49,355 nt of DNA, taken from the NCBI GenBank assembly GCA_041746255.1, contig JBGTHM010000088.1:1-49355 (forward strand), written 5' to 3'. The stretch is from Fibrobacteria bacterium. Lineage in GTDB: Bacteria; Fibrobacterota; Fibrobacteria; UBA11236. This document shows, in pieces, positions 24,882-34,080 of the stretch (positions are counted from its first letter, which is position 1; every line of letters starts with the position of its first letter). The notes under the pieces were generated by a model. That model worked only from the letters and a program-made list of their open reading frames with translations, was not told where the DNA came from and made no database searches. The translations under genes and the position numbers were made by a program.

Positions 24882-26537
24882 CTATTCCCCGCCGCTCTGA
24901 GTTCCAAAACCCGTAAACAAGACCCCATGCGCAGGCAAGCGCTGAAATTCGTTTTCCTCGGATGCAGCTCTTAAGGGAACCGTTTTCCCCTGCGTATTGA
25001 AAAAATATCCCCGCTCGGTAGCCAAACCGGAATGCCATGAGAATCGATTCCCGCCATTCACAAAATACGTAGGCCCGCCACCACGCCGCGGGGTGGATAC
25101 TAGGGTAGTCGGAGCGCTACCTCCGATATTTCCGATTTTATTTACCGAATAGGGGGGAAGGGTGATGATGCCGGTTCCCGACTTGACTGGCTTGAGCGGA
25201 TTATCGAACCCCCCGAATTCCGGATTGTCACTCAGACTTTGAAAGATCAGCGCCTCGTGATTGACGTAACCGGAAAAGTCGGATCCATCCACTTTCAATT
25301 TCAGTTCGACGCTTTTCGAGGTTTTGTTGACGGCGAATACCATGGTTTCCCCGTTCTTTATTACCGCCCGGGCGGATACGGCGTCGGCGCCGGGTTTGAG
25401 CTTATGGGTGCTCATGTCGCTTTTGAGAAGAACCGCATCCTGGAAAACCTCGCGTATCACATCATATACGGCTCCGAAGCCATACTTGATCACGCCCAAT
25501 TCGGGTTTTCCGGCCTGTACCGGCTGGAAAAAGGGATTGCTGTTATTGATATGGAACCAGTTGGTTCGGGTATACATGTTCTGGTTCTCCAGGATATACA
25601 AGTAGGCATCGGCCATGCCCAAATAACTGGCCGCCCGCATTCCCACCGACACCCCCCATTCGCTCAGCCAAACTTCTTTGCCGGGGGCGAAACTGAGGGC
25701 ATGCTTTACGCTTTCATCCAAGGTGAGTCTGGCCGTCAAAACGGTTTTGTATTGCTCTTGTGAAACCGTAACCGGATCCCTTTCACTTCTCACGTACATA
25801 TGCACGCTGATGGCGTCGAAATAGGAGGTTTCCTTGGTAACGCCTATATTGAACTCGTCATGCTGCCCACCAGTGCGCCACGAAAGCGGAATGGAAACCT
25901 TTACCGTGGGATTCGCCTTTTTCAGGGTGGCGGATAAGGATTTGGCGAAAGCGAAATATTTTTCGGGAGTGCTGACTTGGTTGCTCCTTTGCGACTTCCA
26001 AAATTGTTCATTACCCATTTCTATGGCATCAACCTTGAAGCCCTTCGCCTGCCTATCGAGCATTCTTTCCAAGGAGGACGCCTCGCTGTCGTATAGCATA
26101 TTGAAAACCCACAGGACATCGAATTTCAATTCGCTATGCAATTCATGGAATCCCGGGAAACCATAGACCAAGTCCGGATGATCCTCTATGGCTTTTATGT
26201 ATTGTTCATTATTGAAAACATAATCGTCATACCGTCTGCGACCGTCCACTTTCCAGTCATAGAAATTCGCCCATAGGCCTTGCGGCCAGCGGATGGAAAC
26301 GGGTTTGTATTGCCGGACGAAACTCTTGGCTTCCGGGTGGTTGTAACCCATCTTCTTATGATTATGCCAATCGATATTCACGCCGAGATTATTGTTATTG
26401 ACTTTCTCGGTCACTCCGGTGTTGACGCTGAGAGTGGCGGAAATGATTTCCGGCAGGACAAAGGGATATTCCTGTGCTCCAATATCAACAGGTAACCATA
26501 AGACCAGTAAGAGGAGATATTTCACAGCAGGCTCCAT
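24882..26537 (-). CDS. Secreted glycoside hydrolase, clan GH-A-like (GH51/GH79-like), with a C-terminal sorting-like tail
   Basis: Signal peptide, SIRWPQG..ANFYDW, acid/base EMGNE, DAISVHMY, nucleophile WLSEWG, C-terminal beta-sandwich (FAVNKT, ITLPPYSV). Confidence 0.75.
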   Translation of the reverse strand: MEPAVKYLLLLVLWLPVDIGAQEYPFVLPEIISATLSVNTGVTEKVNNNNLGVNIDWHNHKKMGYNHPEAKSFVRQYKPVSIRWPQGLWANFYDWKVDGRRRYDDYVFNNEQYIKAIEDHPDLVYGFPGFHELHSELKFDVLWVFNMLYDSEASSLERMLDRQAKGFKVDAIEMGNEQFWKSQRSNQVSTPEKYFAFAKSLSATLKKANPTVKVSIPLSWRTGGQHDEFNIGVTKETSYFDAISVHMYVRSERDPVTVSQEQYKTVLTARLTLDESVKHALSFAPGKEVWLSEWGVSVGMRAASYLGMADAYLYILENQNMYTRTNWFHINNSNPFFQPVQAGKPELGVIKYGFGAVYDVIREVFQDAVLLKSDMSTHKLKPGADAVSARAVIKNGETMVFAVNKTSKSVELKLKVDGSDFSGYVNHEALIFQSLSDNPEFGGFDNPLKPVKSGTGIITLPPYSVNKIGNIGGSAPTTLVSTPRRGGGPTYFVNGGNRFSWHSGLATERGYFFNTQGKTVPLRAASEENEFQRLPAHGVLFTGFGTQSGGE

Positions 26538-26806
26538 TTAATCCGGGAAATGATTTTCCGGGACGGGCTAAATTTACACTTTTCAGGGGTCGGATTGAAG
26601 GGTTTTTGCTTAGGGAAATTTTTGAGAATCCGAGGAAGGATATTTCCATACCCAAGATCCTTGGATGCTACGGCGTCACTTGACCATGATTTCCGCAGCG
26701 GGTGTCGATTTCCTCTTTTGAGACAATACCAATCGACATCTATCCTATAGAATCGGGAAGATATGCCGCCGGAAACTCTCTACTTCTCCTTGCGGAACTT
26801 GGCGGG

Positions 26807-27448
26807 TCATAACCGATTCCGTTTTCTGGACTCCCGACGCAGGCGGTCAAATTTTGCCTGTTCCCTCCGGTCCCGCCTCGCCTTCTGCTGGTTAATTTCC
26901 TGCATGAACTCCGCATGGGCCAGGCTTCCGCCGGCATCCATCCATTCCACCAGGCGCTTCAGCTCGCCTGCGTCCAACCACGTACCGTGGTCACCGCATC
27001 GATCCGTTATCACTCCACTGCGTTTACCGAAATTTACCCGGTTCATCAGCTTAGTGCAGACGGGGCATTTTCGGTAGAAAACACCTTCTTCCGTATTGGC
27101 CTGGCCGCTTAGCTCATCGAGCCGTTTCCGGTCTATCGCGAAGCCGAACTTTGCAAGGTTGGTGAGAATGGTTTCCAACTTGAAAAGATCAAAAAAGAGG
27201 CCGAAGCAAGTCCCGCATTTATACGCTGAAATCGGATGTCCGTCGGAAGAATCCAGGGTAGCGGACTGCATTGCGATTTGGCAAATAGGGCAATCAAGGC
27301 CAGGTTCATTGGTGGCGATGGCGACGGTTTGGAGCAAGGAACGATCAATATCGTTACGGGTGCCGCAGTAGAGGCACTGGCTTTTAAAGCCGGATAGGGG
27401 AGCCGAACAGCTTCGGCAACGCAGAATGCGAACGAATTTGCCGGGCAA
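26807..27448 (-). CDS. Multi-zinc-ribbon protein (zf-TFIIB-like domains)
   Basis: CRSC..CLYC, CPIC..CGTC.GLFFD, CPVC..DRCGDHGTWLDAGEL; starts 1 nt after the SPFH stop. Confidence 0.8.
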   Translation of the reverse strand: MPGKFVRILRCRSCSAPLSGFKSQCLYCGTRNDIDRSLLQTVAIATNEPGLDCPICQIAMQSATLDSSDGHPISAYKCGTCFGLFFDLFKLETILTNLAKFGFAIDRKRLDELSGQANTEEGVFYRKCPVCTKLMNRVNFGKRSGVITDRCGDHGTWLDAGELKRLVEWMDAGGSLAHAEFMQEINQQKARRDRREQAKFDRLRRESRKRNRL

Positions 27449-27449
27449 C

Positions 27450-28448
27450 TCAGACCTCCCGGATGATCTCGCGCTTCTTTTCCGCGAATTCCTCAGCGGT
27501 AATCAGGTTATCGTCGAAAAGGGTTTTCAAACGTCGTAATCGCGATTCTACCGATTCAGAAACACCGGCTGTTACCCCCATAGGCGGGTTTATGGCTTGG
27601 GATAGACCTGCTCCCACGCCCAGACCCATCACCATGCCGGCTCCACCGCCCTCGTTACGGGCGGCATCGCGCATGGCCTGCAGTTTTTGCAATTCGGCAT
27701 ACGTGATACCCAATTTGCCGGCGGCGTGGTTGTCCGCCAGCATATCGGCAATTTGGCCGATCCGCTCGATGGTGGCGTCGTCGAAATTCGCACCTTCGAT
27801 GCGGAAGTCCGTAATTTGAAATCCCAACTTCGCGAAATCCGGAGCCAGCAGAGTAAGGGCGGCGGAGGATATTTCATTGAGCATCGAGTCGATGTGCAGG
27901 TACGAAAGTTTTTCTCCGGCGAGGTAGGAACTGAGAGTTTGGGTAAGGCGGCTGGCCAACACCACGCGCAACTCATCCACGGTATAAATGCTCCGCATTC
28001 CGGCTACGGTGGAGAAAAAATGTTCCGGTTCCACGATTTGCAGGCTGAAGTTGCCGAAGGCTTTGAGCGAGATGGGAAGGCCGAATTCCGGGTCTACATA
28101 TTTGATGGGGGATAGGGTACCCCATTTCTGGTTGAGAAGGCGTGTGGTCTTGAAAAAGTAAATTCCGACCTTGTGCTCGCTTTCGAAGGATTGCAGCAAA
28201 TTGATTAGCGTGGTGAAGAAGGGAATATTGGCGGTTTTCAGATCGTAGCTACCGGCGCGTTGCATAACTCCCCGGATACGGCCCTCGTAGACGAAAATGC
28301 AACCCTGGCCCGGTCCCACGATGAGTTTGGACGCGTTCTTGATTTCATCACCATTGCTGGACCATTGGTAAATAAGGTCGTCCTCAGCCGGATTGTCCCA
28401 TTCGATGACCGACCGCAATTGCCTTTTGAGTGAATCGAGAAAATCCAT
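27450..28448 (-). CDS. SPFH/Band-7 domain protein (YdjI / virion-core-like) with a C-terminal SHOCT domain
   Basis: VIEW, SKLIV.PGQ..IFV.EG, L.T.NIPF, KWGT..PI.Y.DP, AARNEGGGAG..MGLG, RLRRLK.LFD..LIT.EEF..KKREI; ATG 28448 preferred. Confidence 0.85.
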   Translation of the reverse strand: MDFLDSLKRQLRSVIEWDNPAEDDLIYQWSSNGDEIKNASKLIVGPGQGCIFVYEGRIRGVMQRAGSYDLKTANIPFFTTLINLLQSFESEHKVGIYFFKTTRLLNQKWGTLSPIKYVDPEFGLPISLKAFGNFSLQIVEPEHFFSTVAGMRSIYTVDELRVVLASRLTQTLSSYLAGEKLSYLHIDSMLNEISSAALTLLAPDFAKLGFQITDFRIEGANFDDATIERIGQIADMLADNHAAGKLGITYAELQKLQAMRDAARNEGGGAGMVMGLGVGAGLSQAINPPMGVTAGVSESVESRLRRLKTLFDDNLITAEEFAEKKREIIREV

Positions 28449-28593
28449 GTTGGCTTTCCTTGCTGGGGATCCAGGGCATATCAATTATTGCCCGATCGGG
28501 GTATATTATACCACCAAGCCGCGTTAATACGCCGCCTGTTTTCCTAAACATAACCCCGGGCTTTTTTACCTCGGTGGGACGGACAATCGCCAT

Positions 28594-28914
28594 ATGGAAT
28601 TAATTGACGCCCTAGCCCGGCTCGCGGCCCGGCACCGCTCCGACATTGGCTTCGGAATGACGGCGGTGGCCTTGGTGCTTATGGGTCCCTATCTCAATGG
28701 TTTTTTACGCGACCTGACGAAGAGTTTTCCTTGGCTATTGCGTTACGCTCTATTCGTGGTATTGTGCACAGTTGGGTATACCGTTTTGGGTGGCTTCCTG
28801 TGGAAGTCCCTGAATTTCTGGCTTGCCTCCCTGTCACCACGTATGATACTGAGTTGGAGCGTAGCGATATTTCTCGTCCTTGCCTGGCTGGCGAAACGAG
28901 ATCGCCTCATCTGA
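28594..28914 (+). CDS. Small membrane protein (DUF3392-like)
   Basis: 106 aa with three hydrophobic segments and an LVLMGPYLN..R..LFVVLC..GY pattern. Confidence 0.65.
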   Translation: MELIDALARLAARHRSDIGFGMTAVALVLMGPYLNGFLRDLTKSFPWLLRYALFVVLCTVGYTVLGGFLWKSLNFWLASLSPRMILSWSVAIFLVLAWLAKRDRLI

Positions 28915-29054
28915 CATGGGATCCATTCGGTTCTGGACCGTCACTCCCGATTTTCATCAACTATGCTTGATTTTTTTTCGCCACCTGTGTAGATTCTTTT
29001 TCGATTTTAAGGCCCTTCCGCCAGGGCGGAAAGCCAAAGCTCGAAAGGTTGCCT

Positions 29055-29984
29055 ATGATAGAGGTCGAAGGTTTATCGAAGCGGTACGGCCGTGCCTTGG
29101 CTGTCGACAATATCTCCTTTAATATCGAAAAAGGCGAGGTTGTCGGTTTGCTGGGCCCCAATGGAGCCGGCAAAACCACGACGATGAAAATCCTCACTGC
29201 ATTTATTTCCGCCACGGAAGGCAAAGCGGTTCTCAACGGATACGATACCTTCGATTCGCCCTACCAGGTCCGGAAACATGTGGGCTACTTGCCCGAAAAC
29301 TGTCCCTTATATCTGGATATGGACGTACAAAGCTTCTTGAACTACATCGCGGAAATACGGGATATCGATAGCGGAACCCGAACACAGGCCGTGGACAAGG
29401 TTATCTCCGATTGCGACTTGGGAAAGGTCAGACGTAAAATAATCGGCCACCTGTCCAAAGGATACCGCCAAAGAGTGGGCTTGGCCCAAGCCCTGATTCA
29501 TAACCCGGACATTCTTATCCTGGACGAACCGACCTCAGGCCTCGACCCGAACCAAATCCGGGATATTCTACGGCTCATCAACGATTTGGGCCAGGAAAAA
29601 ACCGTAATCCATTCCACCCACATTTTGACCGAAGTGGAAGCTACCAGCAATCGGGTTCTCATTATCAACAACGGCCGAATTGTCGCCCAGGGCACTCCCA
29701 AAGAACTCATGGCCAAGTCGGCTGGAACCACGGTTTTCTTGACCGTAAAGGGCGAAGGCGTGCAGGATAAAATCGCTCAATCGCCATTTGCGAAAAGCGT
29801 GTCGGAAGTGGGGCCGGGTGCGGACGGGTTTCAAAAACTCGCGGTGACGGCGAAGAACGGCGGAGATGTTTCCCTGGATCTTTTCCGTTTGGCCGTTGAG
29901 CAAAATTGGTTGATTTCCGAGCTACGCGCCGATTCGGCCAAGCTGGAAGACGTTTTCGCAAAATTGACGAGAGGTCAGGCATGA
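29055..29984 (+). CDS. ABC-2-type ATPase (GldA-like)
   Basis: GPNGAGKTT, GYLPE..PLY, LSKGYRQRVGLAQA, LDEPTSGLDP, STHIL. Confidence 0.92.
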   Translation: MIEVEGLSKRYGRALAVDNISFNIEKGEVVGLLGPNGAGKTTTMKILTAFISATEGKAVLNGYDTFDSPYQVRKHVGYLPENCPLYLDMDVQSFLNYIAEIRDIDSGTRTQAVDKVISDCDLGKVRRKIIGHLSKGYRQRVGLAQALIHNPDILILDEPTSGLDPNQIRDILRLINDLGQEKTVIHSTHILTEVEATSNRVLIINNGRIVAQGTPKELMAKSAGTTVFLTVKGEGVQDKIAQSPFAKSVSEVGPGADGFQKLAVTAKNGGDVSLDLFRLAVEQNWLISELRADSAKLEDVFAKLTRGQA

Positions 29985-30703
29985 AAAACACCTTGGCGAT
30001 TTTCAAGCGGGAATTGGGCAGCTATTTCGCCTCTCCCATCGGTTTCGTCTTCATCATCTTCTTCGTACTGGTATCGAATGCATTTTTCTTTTTCGTACAG
30101 GATTTTTTCCGGCAAGGCCAGGTGAGCATGCGGGGATATTTCTCGGCGCTGCCCTGGATATTCCTTTTCTTCGTACCGGCCATTACCATGCGGCTCTGGT
30201 CGGAAGAAAAAAAACTGGGAACCATTGAATTGCTTTTGACCATGCCCATTCGCGAGACCGAAGCCGTGCTGGGCAAATTCCTCGCGAGTTTCGCATTCCT
30301 GGCGATAACCCTGGGCTGTTCCCTGACCGTGCCGGTTTCCCTCGGCTTTTTGGGCCAACCCGATTACGGCGTGATAGTGGGTTCCTACATCGGGGCGCTG
30401 TTTCTGGGCGCCGCCTATCTCGCTATCGGAACTTTTATCAGTTCCCTGACGGAGAACCAGGTGGTGGCGTTCATCATTTCCCTGGCGATAATTTTCGTAC
30501 TTCTGCTCGTAGGCATTGTTCCCATCTATTTGAATGCCGTGGGTCCCCTGGTCACGGTAGCCGAATACCTAAGCCTGCTGAGCCATTTCAACAACATTAC
30601 GCGCGGAGTCATTGATTCTCGCGACGTCATCTACTACCTCTCGGTAGTGATTTTGTTCCTCTATCTGAACGTCAAGAACATCGAAGCGAGAAAGTGGAGA
30701 TAA
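29981..30703 (+). CDS. ABC-2 permease (GldF-like)
   Basis: KREL.SYF.SP, PAITMRLWSEEKKLGTIELLLT.P, SSLTENQVVA, HF..ITRGVID.RD; ATGA overlap with the ATPase stop. Confidence 0.9.
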   Translation: MKNTLAIFKRELGSYFASPIGFVFIIFFVLVSNAFFFFVQDFFRQGQVSMRGYFSALPWIFLFFVPAITMRLWSEEKKLGTIELLLTMPIRETEAVLGKFLASFAFLAITLGCSLTVPVSLGFLGQPDYGVIVGSYIGALFLGAAYLAIGTFISSLTENQVVAFIISLAIIFVLLLVGIVPIYLNAVGPLVTVAEYLSLLSHFNNITRGVIDSRDVIYYLSVVILFLYLNVKNIEARKWR

Positions 30704-30707
30704 TCCA

Positions 30708-32327
30708 ATGATCTCTAAAAAAGCCAGCACCCGAACGGGCGCCTATATCTCCGTCATCACCTTGATCGTGATTTTGGGGGTGGTGGCCATCATCAGCCAG
30801 AATTTCATGCATGACCGCATCGATTTGACGGCCGATAAACAATTCACCCTAAGCAAGGCCTCAAAAAATACTTTAGCCGCGCTTCCCGATATCGTGACCA
30901 TCAAAGCGGTGATTTCCAAGGACCTCCCCACCCAGTTCATGCAAATCCGCACCCATGTTGTGGATTTGCTGCAGGAATTCGAGGCGCAATCCGACGGTAA
31001 GGTTACGCTCGTTTTCGATGATCCGGGAGAAAATGATAAGAAGCGTACCGACGCTACCTCCCTGGGCATCCAGGAAGTGCAATTGCAGGAACAGTCCTCT
31101 CAGGGAATGGAAATCAAAAAGGGATTCTTCGGGATTGCGCTCCTATACGGTGATAAGAAGGAAGTGATTCCCGTATTGCAGAATTTACAGTCATTCGAAT
31201 ATGATATTATCGTCAAGCTCAAAAAGTTGACCGAGGGCACCAAGACCCTGGGTATCGTTGAAGGACAGGAAGGCAGCCGTTTCGTCCTGGACTTGCCAGG
31301 TCCCCAGGCGCAACAAACCCGGGGATTCGACGATAACTTTCCCACCTTGAAAGAGGAGGCCCGGAAGCTTTACGAAATCAAGAAAGTTGACGCACAAACC
31401 GGGCCCGTGCCCGACGACGTCGATTTACTGGTGATCGCGGCCCCGCAAAGGCTTAGCGATATGGAAAAGTTCCATATCGACCAATTCATCATGACCGGAA
31501 AATCGGCCCTGTTCCTAACGCCCGGCGTCAATATTAACCTGGGCATGGGCATCAACGGAAACGCTTCCGACAACAATTACGAGGATTTGCTGGCGCATTA
31601 CGGATTGTCGGTCAAGAAAAACCTGATATTGGAAGACCAGAACTTCCAATTGGTACGCTTCGGAAATTCCTTCTTTCCTTCCCCTTATCCCTTCTGGATA
31701 ATCACTGGCGGAGAAGATTTGAATTTAACGAATAATATCACCTCGAAACTGGGCGCCGTCAGCTTACCTTGGACCTCTTCCATTGATATCGATTCCTCGA
31801 AAATAGACAGCACCTCACAGGTTGAGATTCTGGTTTCTTCGAGCGCCGGATCCTGGGAAGAATCGGGCAACTTCTTTTTGCTGCCCAAGGATTTGAAGGA
31901 ATACCTCCCCGTCGATCAAAAACAGCATCCTTTGGCGGTTTTGAAATCCGGTGGATTCACCTCCTTTTATTCGGACCGTCCTCTTCCCGATACTGCCATG
32001 GATCCGACCTCGGTGCTTAAATCCACCAATGAGCCCTCGCGGATTCTGGTGGTCGGAAACGCCTTATTTCCTACCGACTTCTTTATCGGGTATACCAATT
32101 CCGTTTCAAACCTTCATTTCATGCTGAACAGTTTCGACCAATTGGCGTTGGATCCCGACCTCATAACCATCCGCAGCCGGGAGATAAACAGCGTGCCCAT
32201 ACTCGAAGACAAGAAAGCGCTGCAATATCCCATCCTGCTGGTCAATATGGCGGCTGCTCCGTTATTACTGATGATAATTGGGGTGGTAATGGTAGTTCGC
32301 AGAAAAAAAATGGAGTCCGCGGCATGA
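30708..32327 (+). CDS. GldG-like ABC auxiliary component
   Basis: RIDLTADKQFTLS..S, EYDI, LVIAAP, IDQFIM.G, C-terminal LI.IRSR followed by a TM helix. Confidence 0.88.
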   Translation: MISKKASTRTGAYISVITLIVILGVVAIISQNFMHDRIDLTADKQFTLSKASKNTLAALPDIVTIKAVISKDLPTQFMQIRTHVVDLLQEFEAQSDGKVTLVFDDPGENDKKRTDATSLGIQEVQLQEQSSQGMEIKKGFFGIALLYGDKKEVIPVLQNLQSFEYDIIVKLKKLTEGTKTLGIVEGQEGSRFVLDLPGPQAQQTRGFDDNFPTLKEEARKLYEIKKVDAQTGPVPDDVDLLVIAAPQRLSDMEKFHIDQFIMTGKSALFLTPGVNINLGMGINGNASDNNYEDLLAHYGLSVKKNLILEDQNFQLVRFGNSFFPSPYPFWIITGGEDLNLTNNITSKLGAVSLPWTSSIDIDSSKIDSTSQVEILVSSSAGSWEESGNFFLLPKDLKEYLPVDQKQHPLAVLKSGGFTSFYSDRPLPDTAMDPTSVLKSTNEPSRILVVGNALFPTDFFIGYTNSVSNLHFMLNSFDQLALDPDLITIRSREINSVPILEDKKALQYPILLVNMAAAPLLLMIIGVVMVVRRKKMESAA

Positions 32328-33325
32328 AGAAAAACCTGATTTTCCTCGTACTGGCACTGGCGGCATTAGGCCTGGTTTTTTTACTCAAAGACAAGCGCCA
32401 GGAATCGACTAAGGCTCAGAGTTTCGCCTATGACAGCACCCGCATCGCGGAGGCGTCGCAATTTAAAGTAGTCCGCGATACCGATACAGTGGTGGTAGCT
32501 TTCGATCAAACCCGTTGGGTGGTCCTACCGGATAGCTTTCCCGCGGATACTTCGAGGGTGAACATGGTTTTGCAAAAACTTTTCACATTGCAGGACGGTC
32601 AGGTCGCATCTAGGAATGAGGAACGGATTTCGGAATTCGGCATGGAGGCGGGCGAAGCGAAAACCGTGACGATATCGAATAGTCAAGGCGCGGTACTGGT
32701 CGACGCTTCCATCGGAAAGACTTCCGGTGCGGATTATAATTCGACTTTTTGGAAGTATCCCGGTAAGCCGGAAATCTTCCGTACTCCCGGGAATTTCACT
32801 TGGGAAATCGCACATACTGCGGAGGATTGGAAAAGCCGATCGCTTTTCAGTTTTACTCCCGATAATGCCAAAGCCGTGAATGTGTCCTGGACAGATGGCA
32901 CGGCCGGCGCTCAGGCTTACCGCTTGGAGGCAGCCAACGATTCGACTTGGATGTTGGTGGAACCTGTTCAGGACACCGTACGCGACCAACGTGCGCAGAA
33001 TATCCTCGAGCGGCTGGCGGAACTGAATATCGACCAATTCGTAACGGAGTCCGATACCAATGCCGCAAAAGCGGATTTGAATTCTCCTTACCTTTCCCTT
33101 ACCGTTGAATTGAAAGACGGGCGATCCATCGAATTGAAAACCAGCAGCCCCCTGGATGGTTTCGTCTACGTGCCGCACCCTTCCTTTTCACAATTGGTGA
33201 AGCTGTCTGATTGGAGAATCGAACCTTTCCGAACCACCCCCGATATATTGAGAGGCGCGCAACCGGAAGACGAACATGATCATCACGGGCATGATCACGA
33301 CGATCATTCCGGCCATGGGCACTGA
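32324..33325 (+). CDS. DUF4340-like membrane-anchored protein with a His-rich C-terminus
   Basis: N-terminal anchor, two W-x-x-P..AD-type repeats, DW..R.LF linker; usual fourth gene of GldAFG-like operons; tail EDEHDHHGHDHDDHSGHGH. Confidence 0.75.
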   Translation: MKKNLIFLVLALAALGLVFLLKDKRQESTKAQSFAYDSTRIAEASQFKVVRDTDTVVVAFDQTRWVVLPDSFPADTSRVNMVLQKLFTLQDGQVASRNEERISEFGMEAGEAKTVTISNSQGAVLVDASIGKTSGADYNSTFWKYPGKPEIFRTPGNFTWEIAHTAEDWKSRSLFSFTPDNAKAVNVSWTDGTAGAQAYRLEAANDSTWMLVEPVQDTVRDQRAQNILERLAELNIDQFVTESDTNAAKADLNSPYLSLTVELKDGRSIELKTSSPLDGFVYVPHPSFSQLVKLSDWRIEPFRTTPDILRGAQPEDEHDHHGHDHDDHSGHGH

Positions 33326-33337
33326 CGGCCGGCGATT

Positions 33338-34015
33338 CTAGCTCCAATCCAATTGTTCCCTTAGGCTTTCCGCCAGGTTTTCGCAAACGGAAAGCAACTG
33401 CTCCGGTGACAGGGGCTGCGCCGAAAAATCATTCAAACAGGCCATGAACTCGCCGTGGGTCCTTCCCTGGCGGTACCCGGGCTCTTGTGTCGGATGCGTG
33501 AGATAACGGTGTACGGGGTTGCGGCAATCCTCCACCATGAGACTGGCCAAGTAGAGGGCATAGTCACGTGGGAGGTAACAGGAACATCCCGCCAATTTAC
33601 GCCCCCTAAAGGCCAGATCAGAAAGCCCTTCTTCCTCCAGATTGATACCGACTTCGCTGGCTACCACTTGCTTAACCAGGGATGACCCTATTCGAAAAAA
33701 ATCAGGTATGCTCATGCGTTGGTCGCGGCGGATACGCAGCCCGATGCAAAGACAGCCCGAGGTCAGCACCACGGCTCCGCCGCCTCCGATGCGCTGGTAT
33801 ACGGGGATACCGTCCTGTTCCACCTCAGTAAGCTTGACCTCCATCGCAGGGGTTTGTGAGCGACCCAGAACAATGAGTGGGGAAGAGGGAACCCAAAAAC
33901 GCAGGGGTGGATACTCGCGCTCGCGCAGCCCTTCTCCCGTGGGGTAGTCGAAGGGGCCTCCCGGCTGGTAGAGGTGCGGGACAAGCGGACTGGGAGTGGG
34001 GTAGATCATATTCAC
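33338..34015 (-). CDS. Lipoate-protein ligase family protein (LplA/LipM-like catalytic domain)
   Basis: IVLGRSQ, RIGGGGAVVL, SDL..GRKLAG; downstream of lpdA. Confidence 0.82.
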   Translation of the reverse strand: MNMIYPTPSPLVPHLYQPGGPFDYPTGEGLREREYPPLRFWVPSSPLIVLGRSQTPAMEVKLTEVEQDGIPVYQRIGGGGAVVLTSGCLCIGLRIRRDQRMSIPDFFRIGSSLVKQVVASEVGINLEEEGLSDLAFRGRKLAGCSCYLPRDYALYLASLMVEDCRNPVHRYLTHPTQEPGYRQGRTHGEFMACLNDFSAQPLSPEQLLSVCENLAESLREQLDWS

Positions 34016-34080
34016 TGACCCGGGAAGGGAGTTACGGAAGCCGGAAGGCGGTACAACTCCATCTTAAGAATTTGTCCGTT

